Origin: Nitrospirota bacterium
GTDB lineage: Bacteria > Nitrospirota > Thermodesulfovibrionia > Thermodesulfovibrionales > Dissulfurispiraceae
NCBI GenBank assembly: GCA_963710375.1
Contig: CAVPZX010000008.1
Span: forward strand, 224,001-288,000
Reading direction: 5' to 3'
Length of the DNA: 64,000 nt
In this document: positions 28,796 through 39,477 of the stretch, piece by piece
Numbering within the stretch: the stretch's first letter is position 1
Layout of the letters: each line of letters begins with the position of its first letter
The notes under the pieces: model-generated
The model's database searches: none
What the model was told of the DNA's origin: nothing
Seen by the model: the letters and a program-made list of their open reading frames with translations, nothing else
Translations under genes and position numbers: made by a program

Positions 28796-29985
28796 AACTC
28801 ATTAAACACAGAAAGCAATCGATGGGCTACCTTGTCTGCGTCGGCATCGCTCATCCCCTGATACAGGGGTATGCTGATTTCCCTCTCGTAGAAGTCCTCT
28901 GCAAGGGGACACAGTCCCTGTTTGAACCCTAAATTTTTATAATAGGGCTGCAAATATACAGGGATATAGTGGACCTGGACGCCAAGTCCTTTTTCCTTCA
29001 GCCTCGAGAAAATCACCCGCTTATTTTTTTTGTATGAGTCTCTGAGCCGTATGGGATAAAGGTGATGCGATGACCGGGCATATGACCTCCGGACAGGAAT
29101 ATCGAAATATGGATTGCCTCTAAACGCCTCATCATAGCGTAAAGCAATCTCTCGTCTCCTCTCACTAAAACCGTCCAGCTTTTTCAACTGGGAGGTTCCA
29201 AGAGCAGCCTGAATATCCGTCATCCTGTAATTGTTTCCCAGAAACTGCATCTCATAATACCAGTCGCCGTGGGACTCATTAACAAAGTTGTCTTTTGTTA
29301 TGCCGTGCGTCCTGAATTGTTTGAGCCGTGTATATATTTCAGGGTCATTGGTCAAGACAGCCCCGCCCTCTCCTGTCGTCATTGGTTTCACCGGATGGAA
29401 ACTGAATACCGTAATATCCGAGTGTGTACAACTCCCTATTCTGATCCAATCATTATCGCTTCCTTCCGCGCTTTCGCCTTGCGCCGGCTGCAGTCTGTAC
29501 TCTGCACTTATTGCGTGGCAGGCGTCCTCTATGACGACAAGCCCGTGCCTTTGCGCGACAGCGTGAACGGCGGGCATATCAACAGGGTGACCAGCATAAT
29601 GTATGGGTACAATCGCCTTTGTTGCGGAATTTATCAGAGGCTCAAGCAGCGCTGTGTCCATATTTCCGCTGTCTCTCTCGACATCGACAAAGACAGGCTT
29701 GATGCCGAGCATGAGCGCTGCATTGGAAGTAGCGGCAAAGGTTATGGGGGATGTAATGACTTCACCGCCGGCTTCAATGCCGGCCGCGAAATATGCAGCG
29801 TGCAGGGCGGCGGTTCCCGAGGACATGACTACAGCATAACGGGCGTTCACATACTCCGACAGCTTCCGTTCAAACATCTCTACCGCAGGTCCCTGCGTCA
29901 GATAATCGGATTTGAGCACCGCAATTACCGCTTCTATGTCATCCGCACCTATGCTTTGCCTGCTATAGGGGAAAACATCAGTCAA
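28792..29985 (-). CDS. pseC: UDP-4-amino-4,6-dideoxy-N-acetyl-beta-L-altrosamine transaminase
   Basis: PYSRQSI, LTQGP, SSGTAALH, EDACHA, SFHPVKPMTTGEGG, VQVHYIPV. Confidence 0.93.
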   Translation of the reverse strand: MTDVFPYSRQSIGADDIEAVIAVLKSDYLTQGPAVEMFERKLSEYVNARYAVVMSSGTAALHAAYFAAGIEAGGEVITSPITFAATSNAALMLGIKPVFVDVERDSGNMDTALLEPLINSATKAIVPIHYAGHPVDMPAVHAVAQRHGLVVIEDACHAISAEYRLQPAQGESAEGSDNDWIRIGSCTHSDITVFSFHPVKPMTTGEGGAVLTNDPEIYTRLKQFRTHGITKDNFVNESHGDWYYEMQFLGNNYRMTDIQAALGTSQLKKLDGFSERRREIALRYDEAFRGNPYFDIPVRRSYARSSHHLYPIRLRDSYKKNKRVIFSRLKEKGLGVQVHYIPVYLQPYYKNLGFKQGLCPLAEDFYEREISIPLYQGMSDADADKVAHRLLSVFNEL

Positions 29986-30973
29986 TCACGAGCTCCTTTA
30001 CCATGGCAATTATTTCCTCCGGAGCAAGCCATCGCTCGTTCTTATCGCTCCTGTAAGAGAAGCCGTCAGTCATCCTGTGATATTTCAGGTATCCGAAATG
30101 CTTGCTTTCCTGGAAGCTGAACTGGGGCAAAATAACGTATACATCGCCCAGGTCAACGGTATTCCTTCCCTCGTCTTCAGAGATAAGAGACTCGTGCAGT
30201 TTTTCGCCTGGCCTGATGCCGATAAATTCAGATTCTCCATCAGGGCAGAGCGCCTTTACAATATCGGTTATCTTTGTGCTGGGGATTTTCGGCACGAAAA
30301 CCTCTCCGCCTACGCTATCTCTGGCAGCCCTGCAGACGAGCTCCACCCCTTGCAAAAGAGTTATCCAGAACCGTGTCATGCGTTCATCGGTAACCGGGAA
30401 CTTCTTCTTGCCGGCCTTTGCCAAATCAAGAAAAAGCGGGATAACACTTCCCCTGCTCCCGATCACATTGCCGTACCTGACTACACAAAAAGAGGTCTCC
30501 CTGTTGCCGACGTATGCATTACCCGAAATAAACAATTTCTCCATAGCAAGCTTCGTGGCTCCGTAAAGATTAATGGGACTGACAGCCTTGTCGGTGGAAA
30601 GCGCGACAACTTTTTTAACGCCTTTATCTATAGCTACTTCAACGATGTTCTGGGCTCCCAGTATATTGGTCTTCACAGCTTCGAAGGGGTTGTACTCTGC
30701 TGCAGGGACCTGCTTGATTGCAGCTGCATGAATGACGTAGTCAATCCCGTCAAACGCCCGGTACAGTCGGTCCCTGTCTCTCACATCACCGAGGAAAAAC
30801 CGGACAGGATACGTTGTTTCCGGAAAAGTCCGTGCCATTTCAAATTGTTTGAATTCGTCTCTGCTGAAAATGATGACCTTCCTTGGTTTGTAATGCTGCA
30901 AAAGATATCCGGTGAACTTCTTGCCAAAAGAGCCGGTCCCGCCGGTAATCAGTATTACTTTGTCATTGAACAT
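29978..30973 (-). CDS. pseB: UDP-N-acetylglucosamine 4,6-dehydratase (inverting)
   Basis: TGGTGSFG, SRDEFKQ, KQVPAAEYNP, STDKA..PINLYGATK, RYGNVIGSRGSVIP, MTRFWI. Confidence 0.95.
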   Translation of the reverse strand: MFNDKVILITGGTGSFGKKFTGYLLQHYKPRKVIIFSRDEFKQFEMARTFPETTYPVRFFLGDVRDRDRLYRAFDGIDYVIHAAAIKQVPAAEYNPFEAVKTNILGAQNIVEVAIDKGVKKVVALSTDKAVSPINLYGATKLAMEKLFISGNAYVGNRETSFCVVRYGNVIGSRGSVIPLFLDLAKAGKKKFPVTDERMTRFWITLLQGVELVCRAARDSVGGEVFVPKIPSTKITDIVKALCPDGESEFIGIRPGEKLHESLISEDEGRNTVDLGDVYVILPQFSFQESKHFGYLKYHRMTDGFSYRSDKNERWLAPEEIIAMVKELVID

Positions 30974-31025
30974 GTGAATCTCCTCGCTGCCTGGTATTTG
31001 GGATAGAAATAATCATAAGATTATC

Positions 31026-31043
31026 AAGCAAATATCATACCCA
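31026..31043 (-). promoter_or_regulatory. sigma54 promoter for the pseB operon
   Basis: TGGGTATGATATTTGCTT: GG-N10-GC with TTGC. Confidence 0.65.
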
Positions 31044-31141
31044 TAGGTGAGTAGATACGATCCAATTGTATTTTAAGCTTATTTCTACGTTTTATTCCGT
31101 AATGCCTCAAGGCTGTTTCTGACAAAGAGAAAGTTTTTCCC

Positions 31142-31155
31142 GTCATAAAATTGAC
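31142..31155. promoter_or_regulatory. Candidate enhancer-binding-protein site (FleQ-box-like)
   Basis: GTCATAAAATTGAC ~100 bp upstream of the sigma54 motif; near-identical copy at 40542. Confidence 0.6.
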
Positions 31156-31164
31156 TATAGTATG

Positions 31165-31192
31165 TTATCGGGAAGAGAAGGAATAAACTTTA
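31165..31192 (-). promoter_or_regulatory. sigma28-like promoter upstream of pseB
   Basis: TAAAGTTT-N12-CCCGATAA (spacer 1 nt longer than at fliC). Confidence 0.55.
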
Positions 31193-31227
31193 AAAAGCAG
31201 GCAGCCAGTCCTGGCAATCGCACTATT

Positions 31228-32994
31228 TCATGACTTATGCTTCTCAACTAAAATTTTCTGTACATATTGCTTTTCGAAATACCTGCTCTTGGAGACATCA
31301 AATGCAGCCGTCCCTTTTACAAACAGTGCCTCAAATGTCGTTTCCAGAAATTCTCTTTTATCCTTAATATGCTCCTGTATCATTTCGTTCAGAAGAGCAT
31401 CATTTGGTTCGCATTCACGCAGATAACTGCCCCCATCTGCAGCCAATGCCTTATCAAACATGATATTCTCAGCCATTTCCGTCTGGCTTGTCTTCATCAC
31501 CTTTTTATAATTCTTGACAGATGTTTTAAATTCAACATTATTCAAACTCTTGTTGATATCCTTGATCAAGCAGTTCAGCTCAGCCGCATCGTTGTATTCT
31601 ATGTGGCTAAATCCCGAATATGGAGGAGTTTCCACAAGGTGAGGATGGGAAATAAACGGCACTTTCCTCATGAGGGCATCGTTTACAGTCGGATGGGTCT
31701 CGGGATAAAACAGACTTATATTCATCAAGAGATGGAGATATCTTTGCTCTGAGAACATTTCGTCCTTTTCCTGAATGTTCAAATACTTTTTCTGGTAATA
31801 CTCGGGGAATAGCAATTCCCACGGGGGATCCCCGTAAAGGAGCACCTTACGATCCGTCCGAATGCTATCAATGACTTCGTATTTCAGGAAGGATAAGCAG
31901 CTCTGATAAAAAAAAGTCCCTAAACGGAACTCATCATATCTCCGTTGCACTTCGTTGAGCTTCATCTCATTCAAAATCATCCAGCGCAGCGAAAGCCACC
32001 AGAGTTCCAGCTCCGTAAATAACCTCTTCTCGTCAAGAAAGTCGAGCAGATACAAAATCGAGTATATCGGTGTGACGACCTGACGAAATCGTGTACTGCT
32101 TAATATCAAAAGCGAATAATCATCCCTTATCTCAAACGAACAATCATCATCCTCATAATCGTGCGGATAAGGCACATAATAAATATTCTTTAAATCGAAC
32201 TTCTCGTCATAATACCTTTCAAAATATGGAAATACAGAAAATCGGGGAAACATATCGTATGAGTATGAGGCTTTTCTTATATATCCAACGAAAGTTTCTA
32301 GGTAGCTGTCTCCGTCCATCATAACTAGTTCGACTCCCATAAACAGCAAGATTGGCATAATATGAATTCGATGATTTTCCAATACTAAACCGGCATAGTA
32401 ATCATTCACTGTTACTATTTTTTTAATTTTTTCCTCTTTAATAAACTTCGCAAGTTCATGAGGCGACATAAAACTGGCCTTGCTGGAGTCAAACATACGG
32501 GTATTATTATCCCATCCCGACTCCACAATACGGTAAAGCACGTGCTCAGGGTCCATCTCGCTGCATTTCCCGAAGAAACTGAAAACCCTTTCATTGTCAC
32601 CTTCATTGTAAAACAGTATCTTTTTATATTCTGCAGCTATACCCTTTAAATGCATATGCTCGGAAAGAAACCGGTTGGTATTTCTGAGTATATCCGCAAA
32701 GGTGTTCACTGGGCCGCTTATCTTTTTCCAAACTTCAGCAGAGCAAGACCCTTTCATGTCGGAAAAACCAGCCAGCGGCATATGACGGAAAATATTTTTG
32801 CCGGCGTTGAGGAGCCAGAAGTAGATATACTCTTCGTCAGCAGTGTTAATTTCTTCCAGTGTTAAAGAGTCTTGAGCAATAAGTTTGCCGTTACCATAAA
32901 ATTTCAAATAGAGTCTATCCTGATCCATTTCAAGACGAATGTTAACGCACATTTCTGCCACTAGCTTTTCTCCACTTTTTTTTAATGCAGTCAT
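31228..32994 (-). CDS. Uncharacterised protein, possible divergent GT-B (CgeB/DUF3880-like) glycosyltransferase
   Basis: 588-aa ORF; IYYVPY, VLLYGDPPWE, LLMNI...HPTVNDAL...PFIS loosely resemble the CgeB-type C-terminus. Confidence 0.45.
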   Translation of the reverse strand: MTALKKSGEKLVAEMCVNIRLEMDQDRLYLKFYGNGKLIAQDSLTLEEINTADEEYIYFWLLNAGKNIFRHMPLAGFSDMKGSCSAEVWKKISGPVNTFADILRNTNRFLSEHMHLKGIAAEYKKILFYNEGDNERVFSFFGKCSEMDPEHVLYRIVESGWDNNTRMFDSSKASFMSPHELAKFIKEEKIKKIVTVNDYYAGLVLENHRIHIMPILLFMGVELVMMDGDSYLETFVGYIRKASYSYDMFPRFSVFPYFERYYDEKFDLKNIYYVPYPHDYEDDDCSFEIRDDYSLLILSSTRFRQVVTPIYSILYLLDFLDEKRLFTELELWWLSLRWMILNEMKLNEVQRRYDEFRLGTFFYQSCLSFLKYEVIDSIRTDRKVLLYGDPPWELLFPEYYQKKYLNIQEKDEMFSEQRYLHLLMNISLFYPETHPTVNDALMRKVPFISHPHLVETPPYSGFSHIEYNDAAELNCLIKDINKSLNNVEFKTSVKNYKKVMKTSQTEMAENIMFDKALAADGGSYLRECEPNDALLNEMIQEHIKDKREFLETTFEALFVKGTAAFDVSKSRYFEKQYVQKILVEKHKS

Positions 32995-32999
32995 TATAG

Positions 33000-33767
33000 C
33001 TAATCCTTAACAAAATAGCCGGCTGGGGAATTAGTCCATGGTAATACCTTAATTTGTATTTGCGGCATACCGCTGAAGAAGTCATCTACAGCCTTTGTTT
33101 CTCCCGGCCATTCTGCTAATCCATATTCGTCAAAGATTATGACTCCACCACGGGAAAGTCTTTCCCATAGGCACTCCAAGGCAACCTTTGTCGGCTTGTA
33201 GAGATCACAGTCAAAGTGAATAAGAGAAAATCTCACTCCAGGATTAGAATCTGTAAACTGGACAACCGTCTCCTCAATATTTCCTTTTACGAGCTTTATC
33301 CGATTTTTGAACGGAATGAATCGATCTCTATCAAAGATAGCTATTGCATCAACAAGTTCATCATAGTAGTGTCCGGGTGAGAATCCACCGATGATCTTTT
33401 GGACATCCGGTTCTTCTTTTCCATCCTCGGCAGAGAGGTTTGGGAACCCCTCCCAGTTGTCGAAACCATAGACAATTTTTGTGCGGTTTCCGATGCAATA
33501 GGCTTCAAGCATGTTTGCCCACGACATCAGACCCAAGCCTCTAAATACGCCAAGCTCTGCAATGTCGCCGGGCACGTCAATGGTTTTTTGAAAAAGATCG
33601 TGGTGGGCCATGAAGCGTTTCAACCATTGACGGCGCGCTAATACAGGGAAAAACTTTGTCGCGGTTAAAGGGTCAATATTGAAACGCGTGCAGTGGTCAG
33701 AGATCATCTTTTCAATATCGGCATCTGTGCCCAATTTTCTGTATCCATCGAATTCTCTGTTTTCCAT
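33000..33767 (-). CDS. TylF/MycF-family methyltransferase
   Basis: VPGDIAELGVFRG, YGFDNWEGF, IHFDCDLYKPT, GGVIIFDEY, WPGETKAVD. Confidence 0.9.
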   Translation of the reverse strand: MENREFDGYRKLGTDADIEKMISDHCTRFNIDPLTATKFFPVLARRQWLKRFMAHHDLFQKTIDVPGDIAELGVFRGLGLMSWANMLEAYCIGNRTKIVYGFDNWEGFPNLSAEDGKEEPDVQKIIGGFSPGHYYDELVDAIAIFDRDRFIPFKNRIKLVKGNIEETVVQFTDSNPGVRFSLIHFDCDLYKPTKVALECLWERLSRGGVIIFDEYGLAEWPGETKAVDDFFSGMPQIQIKVLPWTNSPAGYFVKD

Positions 33768-33773
33768 AGATAA

Positions 33774-34778
33774 CTACTCCTTAGGTAGATTAAAGATCGA
33801 ATATGCATCAAGCGGTTTTGTAATGCCCACGTAAGGCATAATGTATTTGTCTATGAAACTATGATCCTCACCGCATAAACAGAGCGGGTTAGTGGTAGAG
33901 CCAAAAATTGGATTTGTCAATAAAGCATCCCGAGCAATCTTCAAATTTGTGTCCTTAATGTTTCCAAGTGAAAACTGCAGGAAATTGCATGGCAGGATAT
34001 TTCCGTTAGCTGTAATGTGCATGAAATCTGTTCCTGCCGGGCAGTGGTCTACTGGATCACAAAAAACATCACGCTTGATGGATTTTTGTCCTTGAAGCGT
34101 TAATGGACTTTCATCTCTCAATTTTCGTATATATTCCACATCTGCTTTTGTCATCAAAATATCTTTTCTGCCGTCCCAATTGCCTACCGGTTCGGCAATT
34201 TGCAAATCGATTCTTATTTTTTTGTTAATTGCATAATCGTATACCTTCTTAAAACCTTCACTATACAAAGATTGATGAGTCACAACAACATCAAGTGCCA
34301 CTATTAAGCCCTCGTTTGTTATGTTATCGACAGCTTCAAGTACTCTTTTATAAGACCCTTTTCTCCTATTGGAATCGTGTCCACTCTCCAGGCCTGAGTC
34401 GAGGCTGATCGAAATTTTATCAACCTGAAGGTCCTTTAACCATTGTATGGTTGCCAGTGTCATGTCCCAACCATTTGTTGTAACAGTAATAAATGACTCC
34501 TCCGGATGACAGTTCTTAAGTATTGACTCGACTCTTTCACGATCCAATATCGGTTCTCCACCCATCAGGACATAATGTGAAACACCAAGTTCATGCGCAT
34601 ACTGAAGAGTAGAAAGCAAATCTGATAATTCGATTGGTTCTGTATTCTTGAAGGTCGAAGCATAACAGTGCGGACAACTCATATTGCATTTTGTAGTAAC
34701 ATCGATAACCAGTGTTTTTAAATCGCCCGATTTCCGATCCTTTTCCTTTCGATGCAATTTTGTTTTTTGGCTGAACAT
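33774..34778 (-). CDS. Radical SAM protein with SPASM/twitch-like C-terminus
   Basis: CNMSCPHC, MGGEP, TTNG, ISLD, CPAG...GNILPC. Confidence 0.9.
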   Translation of the reverse strand: MFSQKTKLHRKEKDRKSGDLKTLVIDVTTKCNMSCPHCYASTFKNTEPIELSDLLSTLQYAHELGVSHYVLMGGEPILDRERVESILKNCHPEESFITVTTNGWDMTLATIQWLKDLQVDKISISLDSGLESGHDSNRRKGSYKRVLEAVDNITNEGLIVALDVVVTHQSLYSEGFKKVYDYAINKKIRIDLQIAEPVGNWDGRKDILMTKADVEYIRKLRDESPLTLQGQKSIKRDVFCDPVDHCPAGTDFMHITANGNILPCNFLQFSLGNIKDTNLKIARDALLTNPIFGSTTNPLCLCGEDHSFIDKYIMPYVGITKPLDAYSIFNLPKE

Positions 34779-34824
34779 TTCTATCTCCGCAAATTAACAC
34801 AAGGTAAGGATTGTTTATACACAG

Positions 34825-35595
34825 CTACCAATCAACCTTTATATAACCTGAAGGGGCACTGTGCCAGGCAAATTTCACAATATTAGGCTTCATCCCAAAA
34901 TGCTCCTGAAAGTATTCATCCACGGCCTTGGATTCACCTCCAAATGTTTCCAAGGCATATTCATCCAAAATTATAATCCCTCCCTTTACCATCATGGGTG
35001 CAAAGTTTTCAAGAGCGACTTTGGTTGGCTCATACAGATCACAATCAATATTAAGAAGCGTTACACGCAGGCCATGGCCTTTAGCTTTCACAAATTCAGG
35101 GATTGTCCGGACCATGTCCCCTTTGATAAGATCTATTCGATTCAAGTGTTTAATATGTTTGTCGGCGGATAATGCCTTTTGAGCAAGGTGCAAATCCCTT
35201 TCAATAGAAGTACCTGTTGCAAATCCTCCAGCTTTCCGGTCAACCTCAACATTTTCATCTCCGTCTTCTTTTGCCAACGAGGGGAAACCTTCAAAAGAAT
35301 CAAAGCCATAAACTACCTTCCTAACGTCTGTCGGACAGAATATTTCACATAGTTTAGCCCATGTAAATGTAGATGATCCCCTGTAAACTCCCAGATCAAT
35401 TATGACGCCCGGCAATTCATAAATTTGTTTGAATAACTCATAATGAACTAAAAACCTGGCCAGATTATACCTCGGAGTGAACACAGGAAAATTCCTGAAC
35501 ATCTCAAAAACGGACAAACCTGTAGTTGAAAACAAATCTTCCAATATCTCTTTCTGCAGCCTTTCATTTTCATGTCTTGACGATAAATCCGTCAT
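34825..35595 (-). CDS. TylF/MycF-family methyltransferase (second)
   Basis: LPGVIIDLGVYRG, YGFDSFEGF, NIDCDLYEPT, GGIIILDEY. Confidence 0.9.
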   Translation of the reverse strand: MTDLSSRHENERLQKEILEDLFSTTGLSVFEMFRNFPVFTPRYNLARFLVHYELFKQIYELPGVIIDLGVYRGSSTFTWAKLCEIFCPTDVRKVVYGFDSFEGFPSLAKEDGDENVEVDRKAGGFATGTSIERDLHLAQKALSADKHIKHLNRIDLIKGDMVRTIPEFVKAKGHGLRVTLLNIDCDLYEPTKVALENFAPMMVKGGIIILDEYALETFGGESKAVDEYFQEHFGMKPNIVKFAWHSAPSGYIKVDW

Positions 35596-35630
35596 GCGAT
35601 ATCTCCTTTTACTATTAAGTCAAATCTCTT

Positions 35631-36551
35631 CTACTTTTGACAAATATATTCCTCTATTATTCTTGTTATGGTATGGCTGGAGACGCTGAAACACTCTCTC
35701 ATCCCTTTTGCATCTCTTATTTCATGAATAAACCTGTAAGGTATTCCAATTGTTTTTAATATCCACTGGGGCATATATTCTGCATGCATTTTGGCTAATA
35801 TGCTTCCTAAGCCGCTATTTTCAAAGTGCTCCTCAACGGATATTACGAATTTCATATCCTTTAAAATGTCAAACAATACTTCATTGTTTATGGGCTGTAT
35901 GGTTGGTATTGATATTAATGCGGGCAAGATATTTTTTTCCGCCAGGTAATCGTATGCTTCCATAACCTCAAGAGATATAGAACCATGAAATAGAATTGCT
36001 ATGTCTGTACCGGTTTTCAAAACTTGTGGGAGTGTTATATCAAAAACCTCATCTGTGTGGAGATTAGGTTCTCCACGCTTTGGAAGTCTGACATAGACAG
36101 GATCAGGAGAGTCTAAAGAATAAAGGGCAGCCATTTTTGCCTCGATAGGATCTATTGGCGATATGACCGTTAGATTGGGTAATGTTTGAGCGATACCGAT
36201 ATCCTCTACCGAATAATGAGTCATGCCGGCCGGCGCATAGGTTACCCCGCTGCCAATCCCTGCTAAAACGACAGGAAGCCTTTGATAGCAAATATCATTT
36301 CTCACCTGCTCATAGCATCTGTACAGCAGAAAGGGGATAATATTGTACATATACACTTTATAACCTGCCATGGCAAGTCCGGACGAGAAGCTCGCCATGT
36401 TCTGCTCGGCAATGCCCAGGTTAAGAAACCTGTCAGGATATTGTTCCTTGAATTCATCGAATACCCCAAGACCGGCGTCACCGCTGATCATAAAGATATC
36501 GTCGCGCTCATTGCAGGCATTAATAATCGTATTTATAAAAGCGTTCCTCAT
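35631..36551 (-). CDS. Transketolase-like, pyrimidine-binding/C-terminal subunit
   Basis: MRNAFI, NLGIAEQNM, RCYEQVRNDIC, GMTHYSVED, VEEH. Confidence 0.92.
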   Translation of the reverse strand: MRNAFINTIINACNERDDIFMISGDAGLGVFDEFKEQYPDRFLNLGIAEQNMASFSSGLAMAGYKVYMYNIIPFLLYRCYEQVRNDICYQRLPVVLAGIGSGVTYAPAGMTHYSVEDIGIAQTLPNLTVISPIDPIEAKMAALYSLDSPDPVYVRLPKRGEPNLHTDEVFDITLPQVLKTGTDIAILFHGSISLEVMEAYDYLAEKNILPALISIPTIQPINNEVLFDILKDMKFVISVEEHFENSGLGSILAKMHAEYMPQWILKTIGIPYRFIHEIRDAKGMRECFSVSSHTITRIIEEYICQK

Positions 36552-37336
36552 CTCAGCTCTTGCAGCGCCCTTTCCCTATGCTCATCTGTAACAACATAGT
36601 AATGCCAGACAAGCTGGTCCTCCATAAACGAAACTCCCTTTCCTTTTGTGGTGCAGGCAATAATTATTTTCGGCTTCCCTTTCGGGTCCTCATTGAAGGC
36701 GTCTTTCAGTGCGGACAGGTCATGCCCGTCTACATCTACCGCATGCCAACCGAATGCCTGCCATTTCGCCCTCACCGGTTCAAAACTGCAGATACTCTTT
36801 GCCCTCCCGTATCCTTGCAGGTTGTTGAAGTCCATTACCGCAGTAAAATTATTAAGCCCGAGTTTCGGAGCAAACAGCGCTCCCTCCCATACGGAGCCTT
36901 CCTGCGATTCTCCATCGCCTATGAGTGCATAGACTTTTCTGTCGTAATTACTTTTTTTGAATCCGAACGCAATACCGAGACCAATATTAAAACCATGTCC
37001 CAAAGAGCCCGCCGAAACTTCCACGCCCTTTGCCGTAAATCTGTCAAGGTGTGCCGGCAGGGAGCCGTTGTCACAGTAATAACCATCCAGCAGGCCTTCG
37101 TCGATAATACCCCGCACAGCCAAAGTGCTGTACAGAGACATTGCCGCATGCCCCTTGCTCAAAATAAAAATATCCCGTTTCTCCCAGGGCTCCAATCGTA
37201 AAATATCAAAGTATAAGGCCGTCAGGATATCGACACAGGAGAGAGAAGAACCTATATGCGGGCCTTTCGACCTGTTAGCCATATCAATGATCTTTCTTCT
37301 TATTCTCTTTGAGATTTCTATCATATCCATAACCAT
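36548..37336 (-). CDS. Transketolase-like, ThDP-binding N-terminal subunit
   Basis: HIGSSLS, FILSKGHA, GSLGHG, GDGESQEGSVWE, TKGKGVSFME. Confidence 0.92.
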   Translation of the reverse strand: MVMDMIEISKRIRRKIIDMANRSKGPHIGSSLSCVDILTALYFDILRLEPWEKRDIFILSKGHAAMSLYSTLAVRGIIDEGLLDGYYCDNGSLPAHLDRFTAKGVEVSAGSLGHGFNIGLGIAFGFKKSNYDRKVYALIGDGESQEGSVWEGALFAPKLGLNNFTAVMDFNNLQGYGRAKSICSFEPVRAKWQAFGWHAVDVDGHDLSALKDAFNEDPKGKPKIIIACTTKGKGVSFMEDQLVWHYYVVTDEHRERALQELR

Positions 37337-37411
37337 TCGTCATTCACTAAAATAGGCATACGGGTGAATAAGCTTCACACTCATTCACTCGTTTACTCAT
37401 CTGTTTTCTCA

Positions 37412-38386
37412 TCACTTATCGGTCTGTAATATTTCTGTAGTTTGAGAAGCTATATGGCTCTTAACAGCATCAGCAACTTCTTCTATGTCGATATGCTCCA
37501 TGCAATTCAGACCGGTAAGACATTTTGCACGATAACACGGCATAAGATGACATTTCTGATTGGAATAAATCGATCGTCCGAAACCGTGAAGATCTATCTC
37601 CTGCGAACCAGTCGGGCCGAAAAGCACGATTATCTTTTTTTTGAGGGCAAGACCTATATGCAGACCCAGACTGTCCTGTGATACCAGAAGTCTGCACGAA
37701 TGGATCCAGTCCATATAGTCATAAAGATTCTTGAGCCCCTGCTGCCATGATATGGAATATCCCGCTTCCTGTAATTTTCTTTCCAGCTCTTTCCATTTTT
37801 CGAGCGGCATTGCCTTTGTCTGCCATTTTGTCCCTACATTAAAATTAAATCCGACATCATATGTTTCAACCGATTTCGGCTGGTAACCGAGCATATATCC
37901 CTGGCCCTTCCACTCTATGCCGGTCATCTCTATGAGTGCCTGCTGCCAACAATCCTTCGGCTTTTTCCCGTTCTTCTTCGCACTTATGTAATCGATAAAG
38001 CTCAGGCCCTTTTCATAAGCGTGGTACGTCCCGTTAATGCTCTCAAAACGGAAACCATATTTAACCCATGCGTCTATCATATCGGAGATGGCGCAAATGC
38101 CTGGGATCTTTTCAAGATTTACAAGTACGTCAAACTTCTCTCTCATCAACTGAAAAGGAACAAATTCATCCCATGTCAGCAACCTGTCGATGAATTTAAT
38201 TCCGTTTAAGAGCGGCTCCGCCTCCTGTGAAACAAGCCACGTTATATGTGAATCAGGATACTTCTCTTTAAAGGCCCATAAAACAGGTGTTGTCCTGATA
38301 ACATCACCCAGGCTTGGAACCCTGCCTATCTCAGGGTCCAATGTCTCAGAATAACCTAGCTTTATTATGAGAATCTTTGTTGCCAC
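37412..38386 (-). CDS. GT9 (heptosyltransferase-like) glycosyltransferase
   Basis: ILIIK..., SLGDVIRTTP, YPDSHITWLV, DSLGLHIGLAL, VLFGPT, CHLMPCY...C; GTG start after RBS GGGAGG. Confidence 0.88.
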   Translation of the reverse strand: MATKILIIKLGYSETLDPEIGRVPSLGDVIRTTPVLWAFKEKYPDSHITWLVSQEAEPLLNGIKFIDRLLTWDEFVPFQLMREKFDVLVNLEKIPGICAISDMIDAWVKYGFRFESINGTYHAYEKGLSFIDYISAKKNGKKPKDCWQQALIEMTGIEWKGQGYMLGYQPKSVETYDVGFNFNVGTKWQTKAMPLEKWKELERKLQEAGYSISWQQGLKNLYDYMDWIHSCRLLVSQDSLGLHIGLALKKKIIVLFGPTGSQEIDLHGFGRSIYSNQKCHLMPCYRAKCLTGLNCMEHIDIEEVADAVKSHIASQTTEILQTDK

Positions 38387-38403
38387 AATCGCCTCCCTGC
38401 CAC

Positions 38404-39477
38404 TCAAATAAAGTTTATATGCTCCGGCTTATTATCCAGAAACTCCAGAAACTCATTTATCCTCGACATTCTGCAGTTAAGCCTGCATTCCTCCTCTATG
38501 ATCAAGACTTCTTCTCCGTACCTGATCGATGCCTGTCTTTTCTCTCCAGATAAAATCTCAGCCATCCCGTTTGCATAAATATTTCCTGTTCTGAACCTCT
38601 CATCCCCTATGAAAACACTGCATGTATAGAAGTCTCCCTTGGAGGAAATATATCCCCAAAACGGCAGAGCGCGACAATGCCCGAACATCTTGTTTTTTTC
38701 AACATACCTGCTAAAGGCCTCTTTTCTGAAAATCACGTTAAGTTTTGAATTAGCGCCATATTCGCTGATTACCGCTTCGACCCCGTCTATCAATTCATCG
38801 GTGTATGCCGTGTCCCTTTTTTTTATCATTTGAGGGTGCAGGGAATAAGGCTTCAGGCTTAAGTAATCCACTCCGATTTCGTCAAACAGACGCAAGGCAT
38901 TTTCAATATCCTTAATATTTTCCTCTATAATGAGGAACTGAACACCTATGGTGACTTCAAGTCCGAGATCTCGCTTGACCCTCAACGCCTCTTTTATACT
39001 TCCTATTGTCCTATTGAAAAAATCTGCCGGGACATTATGGACCTTTGAATGCACCTCAGGGCTCCCGGCATCAACGCTGAAACGAATCCAGGTGAGGTAG
39101 GGAAGAACCTCCGTCCATATTTCATAATTGCCGATAGTGCCGTTCGTTGTCAGGGAAACATCCATCCCTGAATCTTTTGCAACCTTTATAAGCTTCGGCA
39201 GGTCCTTATGCAGCAATGGCTCTCCTTCTCCGGCGAACATTATGCTCCTTACACCCAGCCTTCCCATTTCTTCGAGTCTTTTGCACAGAAGCCCGGTATC
39301 CAATTGGAACCCCTTGTCCCTGGCAAAATCAATGCCGCAAAAGATGCACCTGTGATTGCAGAAAGAGACAGGGCTAATCTCAATATAAACCGGCGGAATG
39401 ACCCTGTTATCCTGCCATTCGACAACTCTGTCCAGATGCCAAAACAGCTTATGACCGTCTATAAGATATTTATCCAA
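38404..39477 (-). CDS. Radical SAM protein with twitch-like C-terminus
   Basis: CNHRCIFC, GEGEP, TTNG, RFSVDAG, CRALPFW...YTC, CRLNCR. Confidence 0.9.
   Translation of the reverse strand: MDKYLIDGHKLFWHLDRVVEWQDNRVIPPVYIEISPVSFCNHRCIFCGIDFARDKGFQLDTGLLCKRLEEMGRLGVRSIMFAGEGEPLLHKDLPKLIKVAKDSGMDVSLTTNGTIGNYEIWTEVLPYLTWIRFSVDAGSPEVHSKVHNVPADFFNRTIGSIKEALRVKRDLGLEVTIGVQFLIIEENIKDIENALRLFDEIGVDYLSLKPYSLHPQMIKKRDTAYTDELIDGVEAVISEYGANSKLNVIFRKEAFSRYVEKNKMFGHCRALPFWGYISSKGDFYTCSVFIGDERFRTGNIYANGMAEILSGEKRQASIRYGEEVLIIEEECRLNCRMSRINEFLEFLDNKPEHINFI

Noticed and set aside
25252..31006. Long plus-strand ORFs (25252-26046, 29269-30120, 30077-31006)
   Set aside because: Antisense shadows of well-supported minus-strand genes with no recognisable motifs
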